Shown piece by piece: positions 17,692-27,644 of a DNA stretch of 64,000 bases. The DNA is taken from IMG/VR virus record IMGVR_UViG_3300047585_000208, positions 64,001-128,000 of that record. One strand, written 5' to 3'. Every line of letters starts with the position of its first letter. The stretch's first letter is position 1. This DNA comes from a virus. The notes under the pieces were generated by a model. That model worked only from the letters and a program-made list of their open reading frames with translations, ran no database searches and was not told where the DNA came from. Position numbers and translations under genes: made by a program.

Positions 17692-20600
17692 ATGGAAGAT
17701 TTAGAGTTAGGTACTGACATTGGTTACTTAGTTGAAGCACTAGAGCCAGCTCTTGATTTTTATCCGCTTACTGCCCCAGGCATGCCGATGCCTGGTCCAG
17801 ATTTTCTAGAACAGGCTGCAGTTCTAGACTCAAAGAAACCAACTTATATCGGTACGGGGCCAGATAAGCGACTTTTGGCTTGCAGCCCAGTTCTAACTGA
17901 ACTTTATAAAGATGCACTCTACCAACCTGGTTTTCCTTTGCGAGTACAGGTAAAGGGCCGTACCCCAGAGACTCGTTTCTTGCCTGGTCACCTTTGGACT
18001 GATCGCCCAACTGGCCCAAGGCCCGCTAGGGTAATGGTCATAGGTAAGTGGCCAGGCCTCGACGAGATGAACGACAGTAGCTACATAGCTGGCGATGCAA
18101 TGCGTTTGTTTATGAAGGTCGCGAAGCAGTTTGGTGTTACGACTGCCGAAATGGCTGAATGGTACGTAACAGCGGTAATTAAGCATCCAAACGCGGATGT
18201 TACTTCGAATAAGCCTCCGAAGCGCCATATTACTAATTGCCTCATTCTCCTAGAGCAAGAGCTTCGTCTTGTAAAGCCAGATTATGTGCTGGCACTCGGT
18301 TCTGAGACTTTCACAGCTCTAATGGGGCCTGGGCATGGCGGAGTAACGGAAGCTCAAGGTACAGCCTTTGAGCGCAAGGTCGATTTAAGGCGTTCTGCAG
18401 AAGAACCTGAATCGTGGCATTATTACAAGCTGGTCGCCTGTATCCATCCGGCCGCCGTACTTCACGACAGCGCTGCTTATGAGACCGCCTTTGAAGTGGG
18501 TATTAAGTACTTTGCTGACATGATCAGCGGGCATGTCGCAGCTGAGGTAAAGCCAGAGATAAATTACCAACTGATTTATAACACCCAACACCTTGGCGCA
18601 ATTGTTGATGAAATACTCGCTGAAGATTCAGCTCCTGCTGTCGCGATAGACTGCGAGTGGCAAGGTGAGTATCCAACAGAGCCAGGGGCTTGGCTTAGAA
18701 CGATTCAGTTCAGCCATAAGCCGACGTTTGCTGCGTGTATCGTTTTGAGGCAGGCTGGTGGGAAGGTTGCCTTTAGGGGTGATCACGCTACGCTTGTCCG
18801 GCAGCTTCGAAGGCTTTTACTGGGTGAGGGCCATAGGTTAGTCGGGCATAGTGTTCGATCTGACCTTCCGTGGATTCAGCTTGGGCTTGATGAACAACTT
18901 GGTTTGGATTTGATTGAGTCATCTGGTGTAGCTGCTACTGCGGAGCTTACGAAGACTGAAGGTGGTTTTGACACGATGTACGCCGCCCACGCTGTCAAGG
19001 AGACGCTAAAGAGCTATTCGCTGGATATGCTTGGTATCCAGTTTTGTGGGCTTAAGAACTACGCGCAAGACCTTGAGCGGTGGAAAGCTGCTTATTGTAA
19101 GGAACATAAGCTCGACAGTAAGAGTCTTGGCGGGTATGGGATGTGTCCTGACGAGATTTTACACCCGTACGCCCTCATGGACGTAATAGTCACTCAGGAG
19201 CTTTATAGGAAATTTAATGACGAGCTACTAGACTGCGATGAGTTTGGTAATTCGTCGAGAGTTCCGTTCTGGATGACTATGCGAGCGCACAGAGCATTTC
19301 TTGAAATGGAGATGAACGGGATTCTGATTGACCGGCAAAGGGGTGAGCAACTTACAGCGACGTTTCTTCAAGCTCGTGATGAGCTGGTAGCTAAGCTTAA
19401 GAAGCTGTTTAACTGGCCGACGTTCAACCCAAGGTCGGCGCAGCAGTGTAAGGTAGCGCTGTTTGGGCCTCAGTACTCTGGGAAGTACGTTAACGGTAAG
19501 CCTGTCGACGTAAGACCGGAAGGGGCGCTGACTTTAGGCTTGCGACCTATTAAGTCTTCTGGCAAGCCTTCGATGAACTGGAACAGGGTCGAGCGAATGG
19601 GCTTGGCTAATGTTTACAGTCCTTGTACTGATAAGGAGACGCTTGGTGGGTTGGCTACTTTATTAAAAGGTAGCGAGGTAACAGGAGAAGCGGATCAATT
19701 TGGGTATGAGCATGTGTGCACACTGAGGAATGCTAAGTTCATTGCGCACGCGGTTACATCCGTGTTGCGAAAACCAAAGGTTGACGAACAAGATAATGTT
19801 GTCAAGGATGAAGAAGGTAATACCGAATACGAAGACGGGCTTTTGTCTTTTATTCAGGCTGACGGCAGGATCAGGACACACATTTATTCCACTAAAGAAA
19901 CTGGTCGCGTAAGTAACGCTAGACCTAATACCCAAGCAATTTCGAAAAGACGCGAGTCGTCCTATAAAAGTATTCTTGGTAAGAATTACCGATTCCCTAT
20001 GCGGACTATGCTTAGGGCTACACCGGGATACGTTTTTGTTGAAGCAGACTTCATAGGCGCTGAAATCGCGATGTTGGCGATTCAAGCTGGTGATGAGAAG
20101 TTGATTGATCATGTCCGTCGGGCAAATCTTCCAGATAGCGACCCGCAGAAGTACGATGTCCATGCGAGTATTGCCGTTAAAGCTTTTCGACTTGATTGCG
20201 CTCCTACTAAAGCTGGTTTGAAGAAGGTGAAGCGTGGAGATAAGACTGTCGATTTAAGCTACCTTCGCGACGTGACCAAAACACTTGTTTTTGGTTTGGC
20301 CTACGGTCGTGGTAATGAGGCGATTGTTAGAGCGGTTCAAGAAGAAGGTGTGTTGATTTCGGCATCGGAAGCTGAAGCAATTAGACAAGCAGTTCTTGGC
20401 GAGTATTCTCGACTTGATCCTTTCTTTGACGCTTGCAAAGCCCGGGTAACAAACCCCGGGTGGATCAGGAGTTGTTTCGGTCGTTATCGTAGAGCCGGCC
20501 GTATTCGGACTGACGATAACGGTGGAACAGAACGTGAATTCATGAATTTTCCGATTCAGGGCGGGATTGCTGATGCTACGAATGTGGCGCTGGAGAATTT

Positions 20601-20925
20601 GAGAGACTACCCTGCTCGTCGAGACGAGAATGGAGAGCTCAAGTATAAGTTGAGCCTTCAAGTTCATGACGCGGTTTTGACGGAAGTGATGATTAAGCAC
20701 CTCGGTTGGTTTGTTGGAACGCACGAGCAGCCGGGCGTACTCGGAAAGTGCATGAGTGAACAGGTTCCGATTTATCAGTGCGATTTGAACGGGGTCCGTA
20801 GGCCTGGAACGCCTGTACATTACCTTGGGATTGAGTCGGCCGTGGCCCTGCACTGGGGCGAAAAAATAAAAAAAGAAATTGCGCTTGATTTAAGAATACC
20901 GCTTCAATATATTGCCTCTTCTTAA
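17692..20925 (+). CDS. polA: family A DNA polymerase with N-terminal family-4 UDG-like domain and 3'-5' exonuclease
   Basis: UDG-like VIGKWPG, ELRLVKP...LALG, HPAAVL; exonuclease IDCE, GH, DTM, YALMD; polymerase TGRVS, ADFIGAE, RxxxKxxxFGxxYG, NFPIQG, QVHD. Confidence 0.93.
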   Translation: MEDLELGTDIGYLVEALEPALDFYPLTAPGMPMPGPDFLEQAAVLDSKKPTYIGTGPDKRLLACSPVLTELYKDALYQPGFPLRVQVKGRTPETRFLPGHLWTDRPTGPRPARVMVIGKWPGLDEMNDSSYIAGDAMRLFMKVAKQFGVTTAEMAEWYVTAVIKHPNADVTSNKPPKRHITNCLILLEQELRLVKPDYVLALGSETFTALMGPGHGGVTEAQGTAFERKVDLRRSAEEPESWHYYKLVACIHPAAVLHDSAAYETAFEVGIKYFADMISGHVAAEVKPEINYQLIYNTQHLGAIVDEILAEDSAPAVAIDCEWQGEYPTEPGAWLRTIQFSHKPTFAACIVLRQAGGKVAFRGDHATLVRQLRRLLLGEGHRLVGHSVRSDLPWIQLGLDEQLGLDLIESSGVAATAELTKTEGGFDTMYAAHAVKETLKSYSLDMLGIQFCGLKNYAQDLERWKAAYCKEHKLDSKSLGGYGMCPDEILHPYALMDVIVTQELYRKFNDELLDCDEFGNSSRVPFWMTMRAHRAFLEMEMNGILIDRQRGEQLTATFLQARDELVAKLKKLFNWPTFNPRSAQQCKVALFGPQYSGKYVNGKPVDVRPEGALTLGLRPIKSSGKPSMNWNRVERMGLANVYSPCTDKETLGGLATLLKGSEVTGEADQFGYEHVCTLRNAKFIAHAVTSVLRKPKVDEQDNVVKDEEGNTEYEDGLLSFIQADGRIRTHIYSTKETGRVSNARPNTQAISKRRESSYKSILGKNYRFPMRTMLRATPGYVFVEADFIGAEIAMLAIQAGDEKLIDHVRRANLPDSDPQKYDVHASIAVKAFRLDCAPTKAGLKKVKRGDKTVDLSYLRDVTKTLVFGLAYGRGNEAIVRAVQEEGVLISASEAEAIRQAVLGEYSRLDPFFDACKARVTNPGWIRSCFGRYRRAGRIRTDDNGGTEREFMNFPIQGGIADATNVALENLRDYPARRDENGELKYKLSLQVHDAVLTEVMIKHLGWFVGTHEQPGVLGKCMSEQVPIYQCDLNGVRRPGTPVHYLGIESAVALHWGEKIKKEIALDLRIPLQYIASS

Positions 20926-21044
20926 GTTCCACTGTATTAATTTAAGTTTGTTTTATTTGAGTAATGCGTTACTCAACTTTTGGCGTAGAGGAATTATTCG
21001 CCAGTTAATTGACACTAGTAAACTGATTTCTTAAGGAGATTTTT

Positions 21045-22454
21045 GTGGCGCCACCTTTGACACCTCGGCCTCGCGGTAAGTACGATCAAACGACTCAACT
21101 ACAAGACAGGCAAAGTGGTTTAGAGACATATTTGCTGAATCCTGGGGTCAATGCGGTCTTGCGCAAACCGAGTTGGGGCGGAAGTGAGTCAATTTTTAGG
21201 TTCTGGCCGTCTCTTTCTTATGAGAATCCGGCGCAAGAAATGCAACCGTATCGTTTAGACGCGGCAGGTAAAAATCTGTTTTCCGATTGGATAAGAAAAT
21301 ACGAGGTCATCGAGAGTGTTGGTAATCCGCCCATTACCATGTTTGCTCATACGCCAGATTTCGACTTTGTATATGATCCTTGGACTACTCCGATTGGAAT
21401 GCTCTACAGCGCGGTTAACAAAGCCATTAAAGCACATACAGCCCCAGCTGAATGGTACAGTTTGACGGCACCAGCTGCTGGCAAATCTAAAGCGCTGTCT
21501 TTACCAAAGTCCAAGTTCGTAATGCAAGGTTACGTGGTCAAGCACAACGACAAGCTCACGTTTCGGCAAGGCGAAGCTCCGCTTGGCTGGGCTATTGGCG
21601 AGCCAACTGTAATTGTTATGGTGTCTGAGTCTGCGGGCGCTAAGATGCTCGAAAAGCTTTCTGTTGAAAACGAAAACTATAGAGGTGAACCGTTTGATTT
21701 TAATGCTCGTTACAAAGAGGGTGATCCGGTTTCAATCGACTCAGGCTTGTTCGTTCACTTCTTCGAGGCTGGAAAAGATCCTCGTCAGAAGTACATGGCT
21801 AAGCCAGAGGTGCGGTCAGAAGCGACGGCACAATTTGTCACGACTACCTCTCGTGGTAATAACAGTGGAGCGCCGGAAAGCAAAGAGTTCAAGAGCTACG
21901 ATCTCTTCTTCTCTAAAGACGCCGGGATGGGCTTGCGAGCCAATCTTAAAGGCCCTGGTGAAACGGACATTGTTCGTGATCACTGGCGGTTCTGGGAAGA
22001 TGCACTTCGTTTCTTCAGTTATCAGGAACAAGCGCACCTCTTATATAATCGCTTTCCACCCGCCCTTTGTGCTTATGCTTTTAAGGATTATTGCATCGAT
22101 TGGTTGCCCGAAGATTACAAGGCCCGAGAGGCTAACGCGACCTCAGTGGGCTTCGCCGATGTTGTGCCACAACCACAACCCGGTAATCAATTTACAGGCT
22201 TTCAACAGGCCCCGGCTACTACGTCGGCGCCTACGAGTCCTTGGAACGCACTGCCACAAGCTGTTCAAACTCCTCCTCGCCCCACGTCTCCTCAAGCTAC
22301 ACAAGACAGTGTAGTGCCTGTCGGTCAAGTTCCGACGGGTGGAGTAGAGGCTTTGGTTGGTGGAGAGTTTTCGACAGCACCAGCTACCCCTTCTGTGAGT
22401 GCGGCTGCAATTGCTGCTCTCAAGGCTGCCCGCCAGGTAGCCGGTAAGCGGTAA
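21045..22454 (+). CDS. probable ssDNA-binding/recombination protein
   Basis: IFRFWP motif reminiscent of gp32-like SSBs; low-complexity tail; lies between polA and recA. Confidence 0.45.
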   Translation: MAPPLTPRPRGKYDQTTQLQDRQSGLETYLLNPGVNAVLRKPSWGGSESIFRFWPSLSYENPAQEMQPYRLDAAGKNLFSDWIRKYEVIESVGNPPITMFAHTPDFDFVYDPWTTPIGMLYSAVNKAIKAHTAPAEWYSLTAPAAGKSKALSLPKSKFVMQGYVVKHNDKLTFRQGEAPLGWAIGEPTVIVMVSESAGAKMLEKLSVENENYRGEPFDFNARYKEGDPVSIDSGLFVHFFEAGKDPRQKYMAKPEVRSEATAQFVTTTSRGNNSGAPESKEFKSYDLFFSKDAGMGLRANLKGPGETDIVRDHWRFWEDALRFFSYQEQAHLLYNRFPPALCAYAFKDYCIDWLPEDYKAREANATSVGFADVVPQPQPGNQFTGFQQAPATTSAPTSPWNALPQAVQTPPRPTSPQATQDSVVPVGQVPTGGVEALVGGEFSTAPATPSVSAAAIAALKAARQVAGKR

Positions 22455-22468
22455 GCTGTCTAAGTTTG

Positions 22469-22500
22469 GCCGAGGCTCTTCGGAGCCTCGGCTGCTTTTT
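22469..22500 (+). terminator. intrinsic terminator with cUUCGg loop
   Basis: GCCGAGGCTC-TTCG-GAGCCTCGGC then TGCTTTTT. Confidence 0.75.
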
Positions 22501-22513
22501 CCAAGAGGGTCAG

Positions 22514-23869
22514 ATGGGTAAGAAAGATAAGTGGCTGCTCGATTCAACTGACGGCCAATATGACAAACTCTTTGAGGCTGTCACGCGAGAAGCTAACGAG
22601 AAGTATCCGGGTAAGGTGTTTAGTGGTGGCGCTGAGTGTATGCGAGTCGTTTGCATTCCCGTTCCAGCGTTCTCTGTTCGCTATCTGTTTCAGCAGGACG
22701 GCTTTCCGCTGGGGCGGTTCACGATGCTAGTTGGCGAGCGAGAGAGTTGTAAGTCTGCGCTAGGATATGAGATCATGTCTTGGCACGGGAAAATTCCTGG
22801 TGGCGGTGGGGTTATGGTCCCTACAGAGAATAAAGACGCTCCGGAATTGTTCCGATCAATCGTGGGTTATAACCACCCACGAATGCGTATTCAAGAATCT
22901 TGCAGTACATCTGCCGAGTGGATGGCTGTAACGAACATGTGGATCAAGCAGTTCCAGTCTTATATGGGTGGAACTAAGAAGGATCCAGGTCCCGGTAGGA
23001 AAGCGCCGATTGCTTTCCTTGTCGATTCACTTACTGCGAATTTGACCGCTGGGCAATACGAAGATCTGCATAAAGCCGGTACTCCGGCAAAGCACTTTGC
23101 TGAACTTGCGTTTGAGCTGACGGACTATATCAAGTATGTAACTCAGTCAATTAAGGGTTATCCGTTTAGTCTCATCGGCATTAACCACCTTAAGGTCTCG
23201 CAAGAGAAGGTTGGTATGTTCATGAAGAACATCCGAAAGGTTGGTGGCGGTGAGACTCTCAAGTTCTTTGAAACGACTGAAATTGAAATGCGCCGAATGG
23301 GCGGGACTGCTCCAGAGAAGCAGATTGACCGCATTAAGGATAATGAGCAAGGCATCCCTCTTGACATTATCATTCATAAGAACTCTTTAGCGCCGCACGA
23401 ACGTATCTCAGTTGAGATGCTCTGGTGGACTGATTATGCGGATCGCGATCCAGCTGGGCACTTTAGACAAAAGACTATCTTCGATTGGCACAGCGCGTCA
23501 ATTGAGATTCTGGCGGAGCTTCTCAAGGGAGAAGGCGTAAAAGCTAAGCGGCTTAGAGAGGTCATTGACCTAACTGTCTCTACTGATTCGCGAACTGCGT
23601 CTTCAGTACTTTTGGGTATTGGGCCTAAGTCAAAAGTCAAGTACAGAGAAGCTGGGCAGATCCTTGAGGAGAAGCTTCAGAGTGACGAAGAGTTCCGCAA
23701 TGCGCTTTATGCTGAGACCGGTATTCGGCGACGTTACTTATTTCAGCCAGATGTTGATTATCCGGAGCAGATCGCGCGAGCTGTGCGATTGGCCGCTGGA
23801 GAGCCTGTTGAGGCTAATGAAAATAAACTAGTGGAGGAGGTGCTAGGTGAGGTTGCGCAAGTTGAGTAA
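22514..23869 (+). CDS. recA: RecA/UvsX-like recombinase
   Basis: Walker A-like GERESCKS, VDSL, INH and GGGETLKFF motifs. Confidence 0.85.
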   Translation: MGKKDKWLLDSTDGQYDKLFEAVTREANEKYPGKVFSGGAECMRVVCIPVPAFSVRYLFQQDGFPLGRFTMLVGERESCKSALGYEIMSWHGKIPGGGGVMVPTENKDAPELFRSIVGYNHPRMRIQESCSTSAEWMAVTNMWIKQFQSYMGGTKKDPGPGRKAPIAFLVDSLTANLTAGQYEDLHKAGTPAKHFAELAFELTDYIKYVTQSIKGYPFSLIGINHLKVSQEKVGMFMKNIRKVGGGETLKFFETTEIEMRRMGGTAPEKQIDRIKDNEQGIPLDIIIHKNSLAPHERISVEMLWWTDYADRDPAGHFRQKTIFDWHSASIEILAELLKGEGVKAKRLREVIDLTVSTDSRTASSVLLGIGPKSKVKYREAGQILEEKLQSDEEFRNALYAETGIRRRYLFQPDVDYPEQIARAVRLAAGEPVEANENKLVEEVLGEVAQVE

Positions 23870-24050
23870 GCCACGTGAGCCTAAACACACGGTTCAACGG
23901 CATTGGACGTTCTTTTGGGATACCGAGTTATCCGAGAAGCGGATGATTGAGATATCCGAGTGGATCGGGTCCTTATCTTTGGAAGACAGAGGTAAGCTCA
24001 CAGACCTAATGAAAGATCATACGGAAGATATTAACTTCCAGGAATTTTGA
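23847..24050 (+). CDS. hypothetical protein
   Basis: GGAGGAGG RBS; stop in a degenerate palindrome. Confidence 0.5.
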   Translation: MRLRKLSKPREPKHTVQRHWTFFWDTELSEKRMIEISEWIGSLSLEDRGKLTDLMKDHTEDINFQEF

Positions 24051-24083
24051 GTAACGCATCAATCAATCTTAAAGGAGCGGTTA

Positions 24084-24353
24084 ATGGTAGTGGACGAGGG
24101 TGGAGGTTGGTGTAATGGCAGCGGTTCAGAGGACTGCACTGGTCCCTTTAGTCATAACGATTTAATGTTATTTAATGGGCACTGGGTGGGTTGTGGCAAT
24201 GCTTTTGGGGCTGGTAATGGCGCTGGAAGCAGTAAAGCCTCTGAATTTTCTTTTCCTTATGGTGGTGGTTTTACAAATGGCTATGGCGACGGGGTTGGTT
24301 GTGGTGGCGGCAGCGCTAATGCAACTGGATTAGGTGGACCAAGGAGGGTTTAA
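24084..24353 (+). CDS. small Gly-rich protein
   Basis: GxG repeats; RBS; palindromes on both sides. Confidence 0.72.
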   Translation: MVVDEGGGWCNGSGSEDCTGPFSHNDLMLFNGHWVGCGNAFGAGNGAGSSKASEFSFPYGGGFTNGYGDGVGCGGGSANATGLGGPRRV

Positions 24354-24406
24354 CTGAGCCCGTTTGAGGACATTTGAGTAGCACATTACTCAGAAAGGGG
24401 TAGTCG

Positions 24407-24667
24407 ATGATCTGTGAGGAAACTCAGGGCTGTAGCAGTGGTTTAGTAGACGGCGCGGGGCCAGTTAGTTTATTTCAGTTGCAAGCAGGCTCCTGCTGGT
24501 ATGGGCCTGGCGCTGCTTTAGGAAGTGGTACTAGCGATGGGAGGGGTATAACAAATACTGTTGTTTATCCCTATAACGACAACACCTGTGGCTACGGGAC
24601 AGGCACGGGGTGGGGCTCTGGAGACTATTGCGGGTTTGGTTTAGGTGCACCAAGGAGGCCAAGTTGA
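24407..24667 (+). CDS. small Gly-rich protein
   Basis: GxG repeats; C-terminus GAPRR resembles the GGPRR of the preceding gene. Confidence 0.72.
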   Translation: MICEETQGCSSGLVDGAGPVSLFQLQAGSCWYGPGAALGSGTSDGRGITNTVVYPYNDNTCGYGTGTGWGSGDYCGFGLGAPRRPS

Positions 24668-25188
24668 ATCCATTTGAAGACGCTGGTGTTGACGCTGAAG
24701 CTATGCGTCAGCTTTCAATCATGAACTGGGAACAGACGATTGTCAAGCGAATGCTCAAGTTTTACAAGATCGAGCATGAGGTGAAAGAGCTCAAACAGAA
24801 ATGCTTTGACGCGACCGGTAAGTCTCGTCTTTTGTTCACTTGGTTCATGGAGCTTCATCCGGACTTTCCGGTTTGGTTTGGATTTGATAAAGTTAGATAT
24901 CTGCACCAGTGGGATATGGAAAGCTTTCTTGGAAAGTTTTCTAAGTCTCCAGCGTTTAAAGCTTATGCAGATATTGAAGAGAAGATTCCGGATCGGTGGC
25001 TTGAATCGGGCAAGCCAACTGGTTTAGTATTCGAATACATCCACGGTATGGGCGCTGCAGTGATGTCTGACTGCGATCGTCCTCTTGGAGACGATGACAC
25101 TCGGATTGTGAAGTCATTTCGCAATCGAAGATTTTATTTCCAAGATCTTGGGTCGTTTTTGGCCGCACTGGGGTGGTCGCCATGTTAG
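24664..25188 (+). CDS. hypothetical protein
   Basis: AAGGAGG RBS before TTG. Confidence 0.7.
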   Translation: MNPFEDAGVDAEAMRQLSIMNWEQTIVKRMLKFYKIEHEVKELKQKCFDATGKSRLLFTWFMELHPDFPVWFGFDKVRYLHQWDMESFLGKFSKSPAFKAYADIEEKIPDRWLESGKPTGLVFEYIHGMGAAVMSDCDRPLGDDDTRIVKSFRNRRFYFQDLGSFLAALGWSPC

Positions 25189-25433
25189 ATGTTCTTTCAG
25201 CCGGTCGTGGAGATGGTACTGGCCCGGCGGATAGAGAGGTTTACGCTATTTGCGCTTATGGAAGCCCATCGGAAAGCTCTGGCTACGGGTGTGGGCAAAT
25301 CAATGCCGGCGGCTCGAAAGATGCAACAGGAGAAGCTACTGGTAAGATTTGTTCTGGAATAGGTTCAATAACTGGTTATGCGTACGGCGTAGGCGTAGGT
25401 TCTGGTTGTGTGAATATGACCGGTTTAGGCTGA
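25182..25433 (+). CDS. small Gly-rich protein
   Basis: GxG repeats; stop in a palindrome. Confidence 0.7.
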   Translation: MLDVLSAGRGDGTGPADREVYAICAYGSPSESSGYGCGQINAGGSKDATGEATGKICSGIGSITGYAYGVGVGSGCVNMTGLG

Positions 25434-25507
25434 GTAATGCATTACTCAATTTCTCGTCAGAGAATCATCTGACGCTTATCTAAATTTCATCCAGTAAGGA
25501 GTCTGCT

Positions 25508-25813
25508 GTGGAGTACATTCCGTTTTGTCTACTTGGTACGGTGCTTTGGGTTTACGGCGCTAAGTTTATGGCGTCTATTATTCACGGGCACGATAATTAT
25601 AGGTTTGAAGATCTCCACGAGATGCCAACTGACGCAGAGATCATTATTTTGTCTATGGCTTTTTGGCCGTTCTTCTTATTGATTATTACCGGTGCCACTA
25701 TTTGCGTTTCTTCGTATCGGGTATGCAAACGTTTTTTGTTTATAAGTAAACCTTTTGCGAGTAATAAAATAGGTATCTGGCTCGGCAAGCAATTGCGAGG
25801 ATACGACCTTTAG
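25508..25813 (+). CDS. membrane protein
   Basis: Two hydrophobic segments; WP and GIWLG motifs shared with 1370..1696. Confidence 0.65.
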   Translation: MEYIPFCLLGTVLWVYGAKFMASIIHGHDNYRFEDLHEMPTDAEIIILSMAFWPFFLLIITGATICVSSYRVCKRFLFISKPFASNKIGIWLGKQLRGYDL

Positions 25814-25852
25814 CGCTAATTGAGTAACGCATTATTCAAAAGGAGCGGCGCA

Positions 25853-26182
25853 ATGCAAATTCAAGGTGTAACCCCTAAGATATGGATGGATGCTGGTTCT
25901 GGATTTGAAAATGGAACGTTTGGTAGCTGGGAGTTTAGTCCGGGCTGCTTTAACAAAGGTTCAGAGGCTGGTCTGGGCACTGGTAGAGGCTACGAAGACG
26001 GTAGGGGCGAAGCTTTATATTATTATCCAGCTGCCGGCGCTGGCGGTGATCAAAGTGGTTGTGGGAATGGCGATGGCTCAGGAAGTTTAGGTGGGTTTGT
26101 GGACGGAATTAGCGAAAGTCCCAACGAATATGGCCGCGTGATTGGCAACATAAGAGCGCTTTATCGCATTCAATTTTCATAG
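25853..26182 (+). CDS. small Gly-rich protein
   Basis: AAGGAG RBS after a palindrome. Confidence 0.7.
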   Translation: MQIQGVTPKIWMDAGSGFENGTFGSWEFSPGCFNKGSEAGLGTGRGYEDGRGEALYYYPAAGAGGDQSGCGNGDGSGSLGGFVDGISESPNEYGRVIGNIRALYRIQFS

Positions 26183-26191
26183 GAGGTTTAA

Positions 26192-26488
26192 ATGGATACT
26201 TGGGTTAAAGACGATGAGGCCGGATGTGCTGACGGAAGTGGGGGATTTAAGGTAAGCATGTTTGGGCAGTTCGGGCACGGCTTTGGGTGTGGGGCTGCAA
26301 CTGGTAGCTGCAGCAGAAACGGAATTAATTGTGACGCAACGTTTTGTTCACCCGGCGATGAAGATGGAGATTCCGGCACTACTGGGGCGACATACGGCAG
26401 TGGCGACCTAGGTGGACACGTAAGAGGTTGGGGTTACGGAACCGAATTTGATCTTTATAAATATTGTGCTACTGCAGTTATCGGGTGA
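26192..26488 (+). CDS. small Gly/Cys-rich protein
   Basis: AGGAGG RBS; GxG repeats. Confidence 0.7.
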   Translation: MDTWVKDDEAGCADGSGGFKVSMFGQFGHGFGCGAATGSCSRNGINCDATFCSPGDEDGDSGTTGATYGSGDLGGHVRGWGYGTEFDLYKYCATAVIG

Positions 26489-26492
26489 AAGC

Positions 26493-27635
26493 ATGCTTGC
26501 GGCAGACCCAGTCTCAAAACACTTTAACCGGCACCAAGAAGCCGAGCTTCGAGAAGAGCTCGAAGCTATGGCCAAAGGGCTTATCGTTTACGAGATTCAC
26601 GATCCAGAAGAGCTAATGCTCGATAAGGAATGCCGAACTAGAATTGGCGGCTATCGCTTAAGCCAAATAGCTTTTCAAAGAATTTGTCATTTGACTTGTA
26701 CCCGCATCTTTGACATGCTTAACGATCTATCCGGCGTAGATAGAAGCGAGCGTAATGTTCGATCTGACTACTCAGTTGAAGAGGCTGTCTGGGTTTATAA
26801 CCAGGTGGTCCGACGAAGGTTCGAGTCAAGGCTTGAGAAGCACTTTATTTCTCGCGATAGCCGAACTGGCACAATCGTTGGCATTATCGGTCCGAAGCAC
26901 AGCGGTCTTCGTCTTTTGGATGTTTACCAACAAGTAATAGCGCAGATTATGGTCGACGGGTCAAAGACAGTTAAGTTTCTTGAAGCTGACCTCAATGATC
27001 GCTGGCTTCTTCTGCGCTATTACTCGCCAAAGACAGTCGCGCTAACAACTGCTGACAAAGGGGAGAGAGACCGTTTTGTCGAGGGTTATCATTTTTCATA
27101 CCGTGAGGTAAATGGCAGCTCCGTTCGATCGGCTAAGATTTTGGTCAGAGAGCGAGGAATGACTTGCTCAATGTGGCCAATCTATGACATTCGTCAAGGT
27201 AAACCAAACGGTAAGAGCTACAAGAAAGAGCTCCAAAGTAACATCGAGCGAGTAATTAGTTTTCCTTTCGAAGAAGAGCTTGACTTTAATGCTCGAATTT
27301 CATATATGAAAGAGCAGCTACTTGGCGTTGGTAAAACAGACCCAGTAGCAGAGGATGACCGACGAACGGCGCTTGCAGGACAAATGTCAGGTTGCCTAAA
27401 GGGAACCTATAGGCACGTGTTTATTAGGGCGGTTAGGTCAATGCTAGCGAGGGGTAGTTATGACGCTGAGCCGCTTACATCTTTGACTTTATTCAGAGAG
27501 GCAGTTTCGAAGAGGACGCTTTATGATCTTTTTAATGCGGTTACAAGGGAAGCAAAAAAGCTGCCAATAGACATGCGTGAAATGGTTGAGCATGTTGCTT
27601 GGAAGCTATTGTGTGGAAGAATCGTTATCAGGTAG
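26493..27635 (+). CDS. hypothetical protein (weak DUF932-like)
   Basis: RDSRTGTIVGIIGPKH segment; long ORF. Confidence 0.6.
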   Translation: MLAADPVSKHFNRHQEAELREELEAMAKGLIVYEIHDPEELMLDKECRTRIGGYRLSQIAFQRICHLTCTRIFDMLNDLSGVDRSERNVRSDYSVEEAVWVYNQVVRRRFESRLEKHFISRDSRTGTIVGIIGPKHSGLRLLDVYQQVIAQIMVDGSKTVKFLEADLNDRWLLLRYYSPKTVALTTADKGERDRFVEGYHFSYREVNGSSVRSAKILVRERGMTCSMWPIYDIRQGKPNGKSYKKELQSNIERVISFPFEEELDFNARISYMKEQLLGVGKTDPVAEDDRRTALAGQMSGCLKGTYRHVFIRAVRSMLARGSYDAEPLTSLTLFREAVSKRTLYDLFNAVTREAKKLPIDMREMVEHVAWKLLCGRIVIR

Positions 27636-27644
27636 GAGACTTTT

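Noticed and set aside
21613-22314. 233-aa alternative-frame ORF
   Set aside because: It lies wholly within the 21045..22454 gene, with no RBS or motifs.
25820-25852. Recurring peptides SNALL and MHYS at ORF starts
   Set aside because: These are just translations of the palindrome, not a protein motif; true starts follow the downstream RBS.
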